A stretch of 64,000 nt of DNA from Tubiluchus corallicola (GCA_030141605.1 JAQGDQ010000113.1:372001-436000), one strand, 5' to 3'. Counted from the first letter of the stretch, positions 23,647-38,896 are shown. The notes: generated by a model from the sequence alone, not told the origin. Numbers and translations are program-made.

Positions 23647-26159
23647 TCTGAATTCAAGAGTTTGGAATAGAATATATACAATTATTCATCCTAAAAAGGA
23701 ATGGTTTGGAGAAGAGTACACATCCTATTATTTATTCAAAAGAGGGTGATTAGGGGAAGTGGGAAACGTTTTAAAGCGCTTCTTACCACAAGCACACTTT
23801 CTACAAAATTGCTGAATAATTTCAAAACAAGGCGCATAGCGTTTTAAACAGCAAATCGCGTGAGTCACTTTCTCCTAATTTGCATCTAGTGCAAACATGA
23901 AAATTGGGGGCTAATTAACATTCAACCGCGCTGTGACGGTTACAGATTTAATGCAAAAATGCGTTGCTGCTTCAAGTGGACACAAGAGATCTCTTATTGC
24001 GAATTCAAAGAGCTGCAAAGGGACACAAGAACCTCTTTTTTTAAATTCAAGGGGCTGTGGAGGCGGATGAATACGCAAATGCAGTGACCGCACGGTAAAA
24101 ATAGGGATAAGAATCTCATTTTCTATCATCAAAAGTTTGACATTCACTGGAGCACGCATGAGCGGTTGGGTATAATGCTGGACAGGCTGGAAAAATTTAA
24201 ACCCTCGAATTAACAGATCAGAGCCACGAAGCATGAAAAACAGCTATAGTTATAGCGTAATGCTGCACAGCACAGATGATTTCATTCCAGGGACATCTAT
24301 AAAGTGTAAAAAAGCTATGTGCATCTGCTTACAAGTAAACTATTACATTTTTCACTTTTATAATAATCATTAATACCACCTTATTAAAAATTTGCAACAT
24401 TTATTATTTAAATAAGCGAATTTCCAAGCTCCAGAATTTATAAGAACCTGGGATAAATTACAAAATTATGTGGACACTTTCCCCTCTTTGTGCACAATAA
24501 TTATAATATCTGAGTTAAAACTTCTAAGTTTTTTAACTGCGATGTTAATTCTCAACAACTATTTATCTATCAATTTATGCATATGTATCACTCTCCCTCA
24601 TATATTTTGTGAAACTGTTTAATACTGACGCCTGTTTTTTCTCCTTCTTTCACACAAATTTAAATCAAGATACTTTTAAAATTGATGTACAGTATGATTA
24701 CTGCACGAAAATAAAATTGGGTGTGAACTAATCTAAATGTTCCTCAAAAACTAAAGGTAATACAGGTGAGACAGGTTCAAGTCAGTTAGGCAGATCTATG
24801 GCAGCATTTTTTGATTTAACATACAAATGCATACATTAACTCAAATAAAACAGACCCTACACTAATAACGGTTTCCCAGAGATTCTGAGATCAAGATATC
24901 GAAAATAATGGTACTATCATTAACAAAACTCCTAGTTGCTAACATTCGGAAATCTTTTATACTGGATCCGCCCATAATACAGTCCTTGAAATTTATATAA
25001 ACTTCATCTTAACATAATTTCTTAAAATAGGAAAGCTATAATCCGACAGCTGCTGACGAGAAAAAACCGATATCGCCGTGACTGAAACTCGGATCAGTGG
25101 TTTACGAATTCACACAAATCTTCAGACTCTGACTCAGGAATCTGATAATAACCTTGTCATGTAATAAAATGTTGGCAAAGCAACCGAGAAACTTGGGGCT
25201 ACCACAATGAAAACTTCGTTTAAAAACTCAATCATAGGTCAATGTAACGACGCCCTCAAAACGAGCATTCTAATTTAAATAGGAAGCAGACAGACTAATT
25301 CAAAAGCTCGCATTAGTGACAAGAGATCTTCGTGTAATTTGTCAACTCAGCTTGATATCTTGGCTTGAACTCCTCATAATATTTAACATGGTAACAAACA
25401 CGTTGCACGAAGAAACAATGACACTGATCGAAATTCTCACGAAGAATAACCAAAACGATTAAAATCCCGCAATACGACTTTATCAAAGTTTATTGACTGT
25501 TCTAAATTCTATCACAACGAACTTGCTAACAACGTCATTAAATACGCGTGTAAACATACTAGTAACTGGAATTCTTTAAAATAATCATATGAATGCAATT
25601 CCGGTTGAATACAATACCTTGATGTAACGCATATACTCACATTATAATATGCGATATAAAAGCTGTTACACAAAGCAGTAGTACTAAAACATTTAGAGCT
25701 TGAAAATGGTTTATATTATTTAGAATTGTGGAGTACACGCAATTTCTACTGTATCAGATTTAGACAGTATCCACTGGCCGGTTGCTGTGTTGATAATTGC
25801 TGGCACGTGCCACCTATTATCTATTGATAAATGACCTCACTGGACACTGGTCGGCACACAAGCGCACTTCTGTTTGGACGTCTATATTTGGACAGTTCGT
25901 CCACCTGCCCAAACAATGGTGTTAAAATTCAATGCATTACAATAATAGCGAGTTAGTTACAATTTAATAAGAAAACAAATTACCGATAGAAATCGGGTAA
26001 CTGCGCTATCCTGCTTTTAACGGTTTTATCTGCCGCTTGCGGTGTAGAAAGTTATTGGGAAACTTGTTTCTATTGATGATGCAGTTAAGTTGAGTTAACC
26101 CACAATTTAATTATTATTTAATTTCTGAAGCCAAACTCGACCGAAAATCAGGAAAAAAG

Positions 26160-26300
26160 AAAAATTCGGTATTAGGGCTACGCCTGGATTTGAATCAGGG
26201 ACAATGGGAGTTTCGATTACAATTCAAATGTCAGAATTAAGGATTGCAATTCAAATGCCAGAATTATTAGAAACACGTAGGACTAGACTACACAGCCCCT
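26160..26300 (-). mobile_element. Degenerate tRNA-derived unit of the 1.7-kb type, with an internal duplication
   Basis: GCCTGGATTTGAA.(C/T)AGGGA matches 1764-1785; ATT(A/G)CAATTCAAATG(T/C)CAGAATTA occurs twice. Confidence 0.4.
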
Positions 26301-27306
26301 TAGAATTTGTGGTATTTTTTCTAATTTGTTAGTAAGTTACTACTTAATTATAATGCAATAAACAGTTAAATCACTATAACTGATCAAGTTGTCACGTACA
26401 AATAATAGGAGAAAGACAAGGTCCCCTACTTTTTAACTTAGCTGAAAAAAATCCCAATTTCTCTTTATCAATCAACACCTCGCAAACGCTTGTGGTCGCG
26501 CCCAAAAGAAACTAAATTGCTAAAAGCAAATAAGGCTTTCGGCGCTTGCAAAAACGCAACCAGAAAGTAAACAGAAAGGGGCTAAAGATCAATACGGCAT
26601 CACCATTAATAACGTCAAATGCGGTAGCCTCCAGCACAAGACGCAACAATATTTTATGACATCCAACGCCGAATTGCAGAAAGTCTGACAGAATCGAATA
26701 ATACCAGAAGTGATGATTTAAAACGTCTTATTGCCAACGTCCAAACCCATGAGGGCGCAAGCAGCAGCATCAGACGAACGTTAGACATATTCAGCGACAG
26801 CCAAATTCCCATCAAAATCGCGAGATATTCATAAATTCATCAATACACGGCCATCACGGTCCCAGATGCGTCCCTCTATCTTTTAATCATGTCACGGTCG
26901 TTTGTCCAGCCATTAGCTAATCAGATACGTGCCAAAAGCGATGATTCAATAATTGCTTATGCACATATTAATGGAGTTTTGCTTTGAGATGAAAAAAATC
27001 ATTGCGTTGCCTGCACTTCTTGTGTGTAAAAAAGAACTTACACGAGCAAATTTCCCTTTAGGCACTTTAAGCAAGGAATCGATATTGAATTGACTGAAGG
27101 CCACTGAATCTGGTGTGTCGAAATTTTATGTGCATGCTAAGCAGTCATGATTTCACATTGACATTGAAGAAATGATAATACAACGCGGATACAAATGATA
27201 CAATGATACATAATTACAATTCTTGCGAATCTTAAAACTTCGTCATATAATTTTAATCATCTCTGCACCACACAATAAAATAGCTTTAATCATTAACAGT
27301 TTGCGC

Positions 27307-27324
27307 GGGGGGGGGGGGGGGGGG
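27307..27324. repeat. Poly-G run (18 nt), G-quadruplex capable
   Basis: Direct reading. Confidence 0.9.
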
Positions 27325-29168
27325 TAATTCTCACATCCTATCGAAACAACGTCTGACAGTGACTTCCGTTCAAATTAAAGCAATAATTAATGACAAGCTA
27401 ATTAAGCTAATTGCATTGAGAATTTTAGAAGAAATGACCTTGTAGTTCAATTATAAGTTAAGGACCTGTCATCCACTAACAACAGAACGCCATAAAGAGA
27501 CTCATTTAAACACTAAACTTTGGCCTACATAGCTAATTGAAGATGACACTTTAAACACATCGCTTCTTTGAAAGACTCAGATGAAAACTGATTTACTGCC
27601 ACTAATTCACAAAAAGCTCAGCTCGAATTAGGTTGGTCACTCAGTTCTGTTACCAATTACTTACAATAGGTTAACTGTGAGTTCTACGAATGAGAAATTA
27701 TTTATGTTATGGCATATAGAGCACATCGCTTTGTTATAAATTATAGACCACTCTACGATAAAACCTTTGACCAACTTCAATATGACTAATGATTAATACA
27801 TAACCAATGATATATCAAATGAAATTGCTAGTAATGGGCAATAATCCATGACATCTATGTGTACATATTGACTGTGTGTGTGCAAAGTGTACAACGAATG
27901 TCTAATAGATTTAGCTGGATGTCATAAGTTAACAGCGGCCAGCAGGCCCATCACTGACGGTTCAAAGATTAGGCATGCAATGAACTATGTACATTTTAGT
28001 AGGTACAGCAAGTAAAATAATAAAAAAATCAATGATAACAAAAGGCAAAATTTCAGAAATTTTCAGTGCAGTCAATGTATATTTACACTACAATTATATT
28101 ATACGATGAAAGGGTATTTTCGAAGGTTTTTTATTTTGAACATTGAAACTGGTTGCTACATTAAGGCTTATATTATACGTTTAAAATTTGCGCTTACATT
28201 ATACAAACCTAGAAAATTAAACACATCTTACGCAGTAACACAATCAGACTATTCAGTTCAATTCAAATCGATTTTTATTCAATTTGTTTTTAAAAGTTCT
28301 GTGAATTAGCGTAATTATCATTATCAGAATCGGTCAAGATCAATACCCAATGACATTGACGTAAGTAAAGGAGTTGATCTGACACGTAGATAGATCAAGA
28401 TCAACAACTATATTAAAAGTCAACTTCACTTCAATAACTCTGTGGGAACTTGAACAGCATAGTATGTATTTAGGCCCATAAAGTTAACAGTAAGATTGTT
28501 TAGGCCCGACTTGTCAGAAGTTGCCGCGAAGCTGGATATATATATATATTACATTACACAGCACTGTTATGGTACACGTGTTACCCACAGTGGCCATTAA
28601 ATTTACTTACATTTTATAAAGCTGACTTTAAATTTCTTGAATGATTATGATCACAACAGTAAGTTTCCCGACAATCCAACTGCAAATTTCAATAGCGGTG
28701 AAACATTAAAATTTAGTTCGAAGTGCATGCGCGAACAACAAGAAAAATATCCAAATTTTTCATCAAGTAACATAAAAGCACATTGACAGACAGCACAGCA
28801 TTGAAAGGAAATTATAAGTAATTCACAGCATACAAATTACACTGGTTTCAGAATAACAACCTCCTCGCACAACACATCCGATCTGGTCCTAAGACTGCAA
28901 GTGTAAGTGCAGACAGGGGGTGGGGAACTCTGCGTAGTTTGAATGGTAAAATCAATGGTGCATGACTGCTGTCGGACAGCGTCCCAGACTGAGTTGTTTT
29001 AGCAATTTTACATTCGCCCTGAGAACTAACTACCCTATCCCTTTTTTCATGAACACACAGTCGCTAGTAATTTATTATACAGAATGGAAAACATAAATAT
29101 TATTCATATACAATAACAATTCAATAATAACAAAAGCAGCAAAAAAGAAAAAATGTGCTCTGCACTTT

Positions 29169-29720
29169 ATAATAATTTAATAATAATAATTTATTGAATT
29201 TAAAATGCATTATCATTAAAATGGACAAATGCATTTTACATACGTAAATCCTAATACATAAACAGTACGTACACGATTGACTATTATACATGCTACATAC
29301 TGCTATATACCTTACAGAGACTTAGCCTACACATAATTTATTATTATTATTACATTATTTGTTACATTACAAGAATTTAGTGCTATAATTGGCAAACAAT
29401 ATGCAGTTTGTACACACAAAAATATGTAATTCTAAACAATTTTATGAAACACGCCTCACTTTTTATAAAACACGCATCAATTTCAACATTTCGTTCTAGT
29501 ATAATAACTGAGTACACTGCGTTACAAAAATAAAATTGTTTTCCTTTGTGGACAATAAAACTGACTCCAATGACCACTGTGACAGCCGATGCTTTAAGAG
29601 AGTAGAGACGGATATAACCTGTACACAATCGCACAATACATTGGTGTCTATTAAGTACCTGTGTGAAATGGGAAGATAGGAAAGGGAAGCGACAGACAGG
29701 GAAACTGCTAAATCAATTTT
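29169..29720 (-). mobile_element. Possible decayed LINE 3' end
   Basis: Same terminal architecture on the minus strand: hairpin AAAATGCATT/AATGCATTTT, CAATAAA, (TTA)n. Upstream frames are only vaguely ORF2-like. Confidence 0.3.
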
Positions 29721-30010
29721 CATTCAAGGAAGATTCTGGTTAGACAGACACAGATATGCTACAGAACAGAAGCAATTTGTTTTTATATTATATTTCTCAC
29801 ATACGTTTAGCACTTGTGCTTACTCTATTGCTGACAAAAATTTCTGAAAACATCTGATACACTGGAGGCCATGAAGCGATGAGAAAAGTCCAGCACATGC
29901 ATTTCTTGATGATACAGCACCTAAAATACTGACGTACTTCAACAGCCTCAAATTTTGAAAATAAGACAGTGGTCTTCTGAGACTTAACTGTAAAAGTTTA
30001 TGTCCATTAA

Positions 30011-30214
30011 GTCTCAAAAATTCTTTATTTTTCTCAGAAGCTTTCGCCCCTCAAGGACAGTCGACATAACTTGATATAGCCAAAATCTTAAAAGATACAC
30101 TTACAATTTATACAGATGACAATCTTTCAAGATCTTAGCTATGTCAAGTTGAAGTTGGCTAATGAAGTCCATGAGGAACGAAAGCGTCTGAGAAAAATAA
30201 AGAATTTTTGAGAC
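30011..30214. mobile_element. Second, degenerate copy of the double-hammerhead palindrome
   Basis: Terminal IR GTCTCAAAAATTCTTTATTTTTCTCAGA.GCTTTCG plus an inner IR. The right arm reads CTAATGA-A-GTCC-ATGA-GGAAC-GAAA. Confidence 0.7.
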
Positions 30215-33200
30215 ATTATAACGGTCATAGCCTCAAATTTTGTCAGCGCACTCGCAATTATATAAAAACTTTAACAAGGGTCGAATTCAAACTAAGATCT
30301 GTTATTAATTATTGCTATATTAATATATAGTAGTCCTTGACACAAAAATAAAAACAAAATGTGTAACTTACAGGCGTTTTTGTATTATGCACAATTTTTA
30401 TATTGCCCTATATAATTATATAAACTTCACAACAGATTTTTGATGAAATTTATTCACTTAATTGACAACTCAGCTAAGTAAGTACATCTTATTGAAAACT
30501 TCTAGGTTTATTTTCATCGTTTTCATTAATAATAACTGCGTACATTTATAGAAATGATAAATCCACTCAACAATATACTGTCTTTTTTTCAATAATATAT
30601 ACATGTATTATACACTCGATTATGCAGGTAGCAAAAACAAATTATAAATACACTAAGAAATATATAATTTATTAAGTGATTTAAATTAACACGCTTATAA
30701 ACTTGGAAACGTGTCCGATAGAAAAGCGCAAGCTCTTTAGAGAATTGTTCGTTTGCAAAGTCTCAACGCTGAAGGTGACATATCTGGATTAATATTATGC
30801 AGTGTCCTTGAAAAATAATGGACTGCAAATAAAGCGCGCTTAGCAACGCCATAATGAATGTTGAAGAAAAGACGCTGATTAAAACGCTGATAAACAAACT
30901 AGATTCGTTTTCAAAATGTAAAGCAATTCATAATCAAAGCTACAGATTTAAATATAATTCTAAACTAGCTTATCTACTCTATCCCACAACAAATAGGATG
31001 TGGCTAATTAGGTCAAAAACAATCACAATTCACAAATACTAGAAGCATGGTCAACTCATGTTTAACTATGTAGTATGTTGATACAGGAAAGGTATAAAAA
31101 ATAACTGACTGGTGATGTGGGAAATCAAATTCTTAAAATTTCTTTTCTCATGTCTTTTCTTAAGTGGGTGCTGGCGGTCATTTATATTGAACAAAACGTT
31201 TTTTAATGGCAAAAATTTCTAAATGATGCACGTTTTTCGAGAACAAATGTAGAATTTTCTAAGTTCATACCAAGCTGGTCTAGTTTGTGTCTACTATAGT
31301 GGTTAATTACTGAAAAGTTTCCCGCAGATAAACATGTACAGCTTATCGTAATCCATCTAAAACGATACCAGCATTTTCCAGAGCTTGCCCATTTGGTTTC
31401 AACTTCTGTGAAGGGCTGATCTACGGCTTACCAGTATCGTGCAAAACTGTAGGCAATGTAGTTTATACGCAAAATAATTCCCCCAATTATATCATCACAG
31501 AACTTTGAAATTAATTGGCTACTTCAACAAGATAACACTGGCATAGATGAAAATGTTTTGTTTGTTGGTTTCTGCAAACAAATCAAAAGGTTGTAGATAC
31601 ACTCGACGGTCATAGAAACAGTCCGAACTTGGATGCGCCTAAGTGACCACTGATCCTAAGTTTAGAAAGAAACACCCCTTATCTCTTGTTGTTGTTGAGC
31701 AGTTGTTCAAGTAATTCTGGTGGTTGTTTCGCTCGGCGGGGGTTACTCAGTGAACTGAATTTAGCAAGAGAATCCACAAACAAACTTCACAGGCCAACCT
31801 TTCTGTTGCTTCTAGATGGTTAACAGATCCTGTCAAGAGCTGAGCTAAGAGGATTTAAACTCTGTTAAGAACTTAATTTGAACTTGCGGGCAGATTTACG
31901 AGAAAGAAAATAATTCGAGTTCGCAGTTTTTTAGTTCGTGAATCCGATAACAATAAGGTTTTTCAATGTATAGCACATTTGAACACCATTTTCTTAAATT
32001 TGACAAATATTTTATTAGAATGTTGAAGAAGTTTTGAGCAAGAAGCGAAACACCCCGTTTTTATACAGTTTAACATTCTACCGCAAGCCCCAATGACACG
32101 TCTAGTTAGTATGATAAGAAATCTCACTATAATAATAATGACAATAATAATAATAATAATAATTGTAATAATAATATTATTTTAAGATTATAAGATCGAT
32201 TTCAAAAGTCATCGTAAAATCGTTACCAACATACTCAACTCCAATGTGCACTGCTATAATCCATAATGGTGCCTAAACAGGTGTGCTTAGGCAACAAAAA
32301 TTCCGTAATTATGAATTACCATCAAGTCTTCCATGTCGAGGCAATGAATTGGCAGAAAAGTTTTAGCCATTATGGCAGATACACCGTTCAGCAGTAGAAT
32401 TCCCGGTAGTCACCCATCTATAAATAGCCAGGTTAGGCATTGCTGTACTACTGAAAAAATTTTAAATTCTCCCCTGGGCAAAAATTGTTGACAAATATTA
32501 TACAATTTTTTCATTTATCGTCGTCACATTCATGTACAGAATATTATTACTAAAGACAAAGAAGTTTGTACAGTTGGAAAAGAAGCTTAGCTATAAGCCC
32601 TATAATAACCTGAAATAATAAGCTGAAGCACTAGAGAAGTAATTACACATGACATAAAAGCGATAAAAGAAACATTTTACCAATGCGCAGAAAAACATAT
32701 TTTGGAGGTAATTAAATAGAAGGAGCTTAAATAGAATTTGGAGGAACTTCCTAATTAGTCAGATGTTGATATTTAAGTTTATTTCAGTCTTGTATAAGTT
32801 TTTTGTGTTCACGTTCATCTGTAAATCTTTATTCAACTACATCCTACAGACTACAGTCACCGTTTTATTGAAAAATAGCGACCAAACAGAATTTTACGAC
32901 ATCTGATTATCTGCGGCAAGTTTTAAATTTCTCTAAAATGCTGGGAACGACATTTTCTGCTGGTATTTTGACATATTTTATCAGCGGCGCTGTAAACAAT
33001 TTTATTGGCGCAAATTGGTCGTAAAAACGGTTAATTCAATTATAGAGCTCAAGCTGTAGGCGTGATAAAGCAAACTCAAGATGCATAGCCTACATTCCTG
33101 CAAGAATTTCATTTCAGTTATTAAAAATAAACGATATTTAGCCAAGGCATTCAAAAAGCTTGATTCGTTCTCAGTCAAGAGATGAAAGCACTGTGCTACT

Positions 33201-36200
33201 TTATCTTGGGCAAGAATACCGATTGCTCTTCGTAGTTTTCAAATCTACAGTTTTGTTTTTAATGACTTTAAGCAGGAGTGCAGATAAAAAAACGTTTCTA
33301 TATACTTCTCTAAGCAGGCCTACATCAGTAAACATTTGTACTTATTACTGTTCATGAAAAGCTGTTCGTTTACTTCAAAGCTTTACAATGTACCATAAAG
33401 AATCTTGTATAACAATTATTACTGATACACGTATGCTAATTTGATTAATTCAGACTAACCCACGTGCTTGGTTAAAGAACCAACAGCATCATTGTTAAAT
33501 CTTGAACGAACGTTAAGAATTGAACCACCGACTGACGACATCGTAAACACTATAATTATACCAATGGGCTAATCCTGCAGTACTAATGACAACTACTAAC
33601 TAGTAACTAAAGACAAATACTCAACAAGCCTAAAGCAATTCAACAACGTACTGCCTTTTGTTCCGGTGCGTTACACTAAAATTATCACAAGAATGTTTGC
33701 AATTTTACATGAATCAAAAATTCAAAACTACGTACAGCTAGACTACACGATGCGTTTCATTGTTGAAGATGGAAAGTAGGTCTGGGAGAAGGAAAAACAA
33801 CGCAACATTCCACATCCGTTTATATACTTAACCAATGTATGAACCATTTGAATTCTAATTTAGCTTGTTTACATTCTTCAATATGGGAAATCCTGTTGTC
33901 TTTTTGTAAGCTGAGAAAAATGCGCAGCGCATGAGAAAAGAATCAGCCAAGAAATCTCTGGTTTGCTCCAGATTCAGGCAAAGCAAATACACGTTAATCA
34001 ATGACAAGCCAATAACCTGACACAACAAATACAAGGACATATAGATTTAGTACATAATAGAATGCATTTCCTCTTTCGAACATTAGGCATTTTTCTGCTA
34101 TGTAATAAAAAAATTCAATGACCTATAAAATGCAAAATAGGAGTTATAAAAATAACGACACTTGAGAACAACTTTAGCGATAAGGCCCTGTACTTGCATT
34201 AAAAGACCAAAATAAGCAACAGAAAGTGAAGAAATCGGCTATAGGTAAAACACGGAGGAAATTGCGGGTGGATTATGAATAAAAATTCAATATTAATGTC
34301 AGTATTTTGAAATCACAAGTGCTATTCTTAACAATGAAGCTAAGCATATTTGAAATATTAGTGTGTTAAATTCAGCTTTTACTCGTTTTACATCTTTTTC
34401 TCCTAACTTCTCTCACCAATGATGCAATGATTCCTATTACATACACAGTTGAAGATTCTATCTAGTCAGTAAGTCATTACTAAAATCAAGTTCCATCAGG
34501 TCAAAAGAGTATTACAGTCTAGCTATACTTGCCACCAACTATTAGATATAAATTCTAAACTCATATATTACAGCGAAACTACGATAAAAATTTGCATTTA
34601 CAGCGTAAACAACTACCCGTAGTTTTAACTAAAGTTTTTAAAATTTCACTAACGTACTGGCAACGTACTGACTAAGAAAACTCATGGTTATCTGCAAGAA
34701 ACTTTACTGTGTGACCGTGACTTTCTCATGAATACATGTTATGACTTCAAACAACACTATTTCTGGGAAATTCTGGCTCACAATTTCTCGAGTTTTGGAT
34801 TTTGTTTTCTCAATAAACAACGTTTTTCCTTCAACTGACCAACCTTGCCAAACAAACACCTTCAAGTTAGTTGTTCCCTTGGAACCAGTAACTGTTAAAC
34901 AGAGAAATCACGGCAGATGTAGGCCTTGGAAGATCCCTCCGTTAAAGAGAGGAATCATAGAGGAATTATGTTTTCGTGAAAGGCTGATTAGAAAGAAAAT
35001 GTTTTTTTATTTGACCATATGAGAAAAGTGTGTAAAAGTTGATGCAAATACGCAGGCCTATATATGAAAGTCTATCATTCGTAAATAATTTCACAGCTAT
35101 GCAGTTAAATTATTGTCGATTAATTGCAGGAATTCAGCTATGCACTTGAACTAACCATCACAAAAGAGCCCTATCAGCCCTTTTAAGTGACTTCAATCCG
35201 CCTGACAGCTTTAGGTGTAAAAACAATACTGGTTAAAAAACAGCAAGTTTATTTCTTAATTGTTTTGTTTTAGAAACGTTCTAGAAAGACTAGGTACAAT
35301 GAATTCGAGCTTATTGTATCCCACAGAAGACTTTTATTTAAATTCTGCATAATTACCAATGCTTTTCATTTGCTATATTCTATTGTAAAAGCGTAAAAGC
35401 GTTGTCATTGATTTAGTAAGTGAGTGGGCGTTATGAGGAGTTGTTAAATGTCATTATTATACCATCATAAGGAAGCAACGACAGTCGTCTTAAGATGAGG
35501 CACTGAACCGGCTAAGGCATCCTAGCCATGTTTCGAACCATTTACAGCTCTATATGCTTGCTCAACTCGCTTGCAGTGTAGTGTAGCATATGAAAACACC
35601 CAAAAGCAGAAATACAGACGTCACATATCCGCCTACAGACCAATGTGAAGGTTGCTAAACTGTCTACTGAGCATACCCAACTATTTCCCTCAGTCCAATT
35701 CGTCGTCGACTCGTGGTTAAAAACAGCAATATTGCTTTACTTATTAGCGACCTTTGGATTAATGAAAGAACAATTTTCTTTGCGGGTATAGTATAATTTC
35801 CTTGGCAAGTATAGGAGAGTGAACGACCTGGCTCAATATTACCTGCCTGTAATTAATTTCCTGCTTGGCGTGCTAACAGAGAAGTGGCATATAGAAATAA
35901 ATCGCTCTTGACGTGACGTGTTACATTAAACACCTGGCAAAGGACCTACTACGCACCACTCTTGGGGGCTGATTAAAAAGAAATCTAAGTGAAATTAAAG
36001 TATACACTGGACTTGAGCTGGGTCTTCTAGTGACACAACGGATTCTTATAAAACACCTCTGCAGACGTGTGTATCCAAACCCTATAGCAGCGCTTAAGCA
36101 TTTAGTCAGACAAACCAGTGTGCCATTAATTACAAGTTATTTTTATTATTACTATTTCTAAATTAAAAAAACTGTTCTTTACACTAATTTCACGAGATTC

Positions 36201-36638
36201 TTTCTATACAAAATACGTGTTACCACTTTAATAACGCAACCAAAGTGTGGTAACAACGGTTAACTGCATTTCACAGTGTGGTATATGTACATTTCAAGCT
36301 CCTATTTACTGCACGTTTTTACCTGGCATACTTTTTAACGAAATAAAGATTAGAACAGCTAAACTAAATTTGTGATTTTTACTGTTTTCCTTTTTACGAA
36401 AATTAACATGTTCAGAATAGGAGAGCGGAACTCTTGGGAAATACTTAGTAAGTTGTAAATTACAAAATAAAAAAATGCTATTAACTTATCGTTTTTAATA
36501 TGCAGTAGTTTAGGCCTCTCTACTAACCAGGAATGAACACTTAGTGACAGGGTCTACTCAATGTAGATGGCTGAGGCAGGATCGGAACCTGGTTATTAAC
36601 ACTGCCGTTATTGTGCCTGTTGCTGGCCTCATTGAGAC

Positions 36639-36767
36639 ATGGTATTTAGGGTAAAAGCAGAGTAATAATAGTCTCTGTTATGCACGAGTAGTTTGCTATT
36701 TACAGTCGGAAATAAAAGCCTTGTGGCTTGTGTTGTCTGTCACGTTTAAAGTCGACTTTAAATAGAA

Positions 36768-36820
<53 letters not shown>
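36639..36820 (+). mobile_element. 5'-truncated or diverged copy of the same SINE
   Basis: TGGTATTTAGGGTAAAAG...GTAATAATA.TCTCTGTTATG...TTTACAG.CGGAAA matches 8975-9052; (TAT)n tail at 36769-36820. Confidence 0.75.
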
Positions 36821-36917
36821 CGACCTAACATAGTAACAACTACGTTGAGAAGCACATACTGTGACCACTTAGCTATTACCCACCCTCAAAAGGCGAAAAT
36901 AATTATATCATAATCCA

Positions 36918-36977
36918 TGACGTCACACAGTTCCCTGATTGGCTTCATTCAGGTGATACGCGATCACAATGACGTCT
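36918..36977. promoter_or_regulatory. CRE + CCAAT cluster in intron 1
   Basis: TGACGTCA (36918), inverted CCAAT (TGATTGGC, 36936) and TGACGTCT (36970). Confidence 0.3.
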
Positions 36978-38759
36978 GAAACACTAAATGCGTATCTTAA
37001 TCAGCCATATGAAGGCTTGACTTTGATAATGAGCGCTAATACCTCGCGAAGCCACACAATGGACGGATTTTAGTCGGGGAAAATCCTATTACAGTAAATG
37101 CCATAGTAAATACACCTACTTGCAAGTTACAGTAGTGATTCCAGTATTTCTAACCTGTAAGCCAAATTTGTTGCACTGAGCCCCACATTAACTAACGTTT
37201 GTCGTCATTTATCAAAAATCTCTTCAAAATAATTGCAAATACGAAACATAAAGTCTCTGGATCAAATCCAGACTATGTGAAAACTATTTGACATTTAGTT
37301 TTTTTGAGCTAGTCGGACTCAAAAATTGTGAATTTATCCCATCATTAATGAAGTTGAGCATTAATGATATTATCCCATCACTAATAATATTAATTTTGAA
37401 ATTATGGTTAAGCAAGTTTATTTTACGTCGATTTTCATTATATACAAAGAACATTAGTCCACAATGGATTATTCGAACGACTAAAAATTACAACCACAAA
37501 TTAGAACAATAAATAAAAGCTTAATAAGGACTTACAGCCATTTTAGAACTAAGCTTATGCTAGAAAAATAAAACGCCAATTTTGTTAATAATCAAATTAT
37601 AATTAATAAATTAAAAGTGTGTTCAAAGCATAATTCTACTCTCATTTCTGTATTTCAAATGATACACAAACTTTACCGCAAACTCGTCTTCACTTTGTTA
37701 CATCACTTACGTATCGACGCAAATTCAAAGCTAGGACCAAACCGCGGATACCAGCTTATTAAGTGCCTACTAGCCCTCATGCCAGTGATTATTTTGTAAT
37801 ATTATCTCTGTTGACAAGCAGGATAACGGTCCGCCCAGCATTGTTATTTCATCCCCCAACACCTGCTGCTTACATAAACATAATAGATGACATTGTTTGT
37901 TTATTGTTCATATTAAACCAAACTATCTAGAGCGGGCGCCATACAGGGCGGGGTTAACAATTATAATATGGTAGAACAGCCGCTGCACACATTAGAATTA
38001 TAACTGTAGTCCATAATAACCAAATATTATGGACGACTTTAAAGCAGCTGAATTGTTAAGCGGCTGCACTGGATTTGAGTCCTAGACCAGACTTGCAATG
38101 TGTCAAATTATAAAAAAACAGTAATATATTATATATACATAACAACCAAGAGACTATTACTATGCCTATGCATACTACCTTTTACAAACTTGTCAAAATC
38201 CAACAATAACTTTACTAAGAAAGCTGGCGACCTACACACTTCCTTATTTAATAAATTTAGATCTGTCTGTTGCATGACAGTTTAGTACACGTATAATTCC
38301 ACATGAAAGGAAGATTTAAGGTTTCGCCGAAGCGTAATTACCTGTATGAATGTACACTTCAATTCCGTCTATGATTCTCAAATTCAGTAATAAATTTTCA
38401 AGTCGTACAACTGAGCAAAAATTAAATCTGTACAAGTGGAACAGTTCATGACTACCGACGTCATTATTCACTTCAAAGTTCTTTATTAATTTACTTCACT
38501 AAATAAACGTCAAGCCCTAATTAGTTAAAATGACTTCCTGGAGCAACAAAAGTGCAAAGAAAACGTAATTAACCTACTTTCCAACTTTTTCAACTCTAAA
38601 TACGGGCATTACCTGCAAGGTGAAAACTGGAGGGGGGGGCGCTTATTAATACGATAATATCACAGAACAAAAATAATTCCTGTAATTTCTAGAAAAAAGA
38701 GGCATCTCAAAAATATTATTAGGAATTTAAGCCCTACACTAATGCACTCGCCAGTCCGC

Positions 38760-38896
38760 TAGTCGCTGGCTAGTCAGTCAATGAATCAGTTTATTAGTCA
38801 GCTTACCGATCAGTTAGCCAAGCAGCTGATGGACCAAATACTTAGATCACCAACCAAAAGTTAATCAATCAATAATCAGTCAATCAATCAATCAAC
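38760..38896. repeat. Degenerate (TCAG/TCAA)n tetramer tract
   Basis: Direct reading. Confidence 0.6.

Noticed and set aside
23911-24234. 107-aa minus-strand ORF as a nested gene
   Set aside because: No recognisable motif or splice context.
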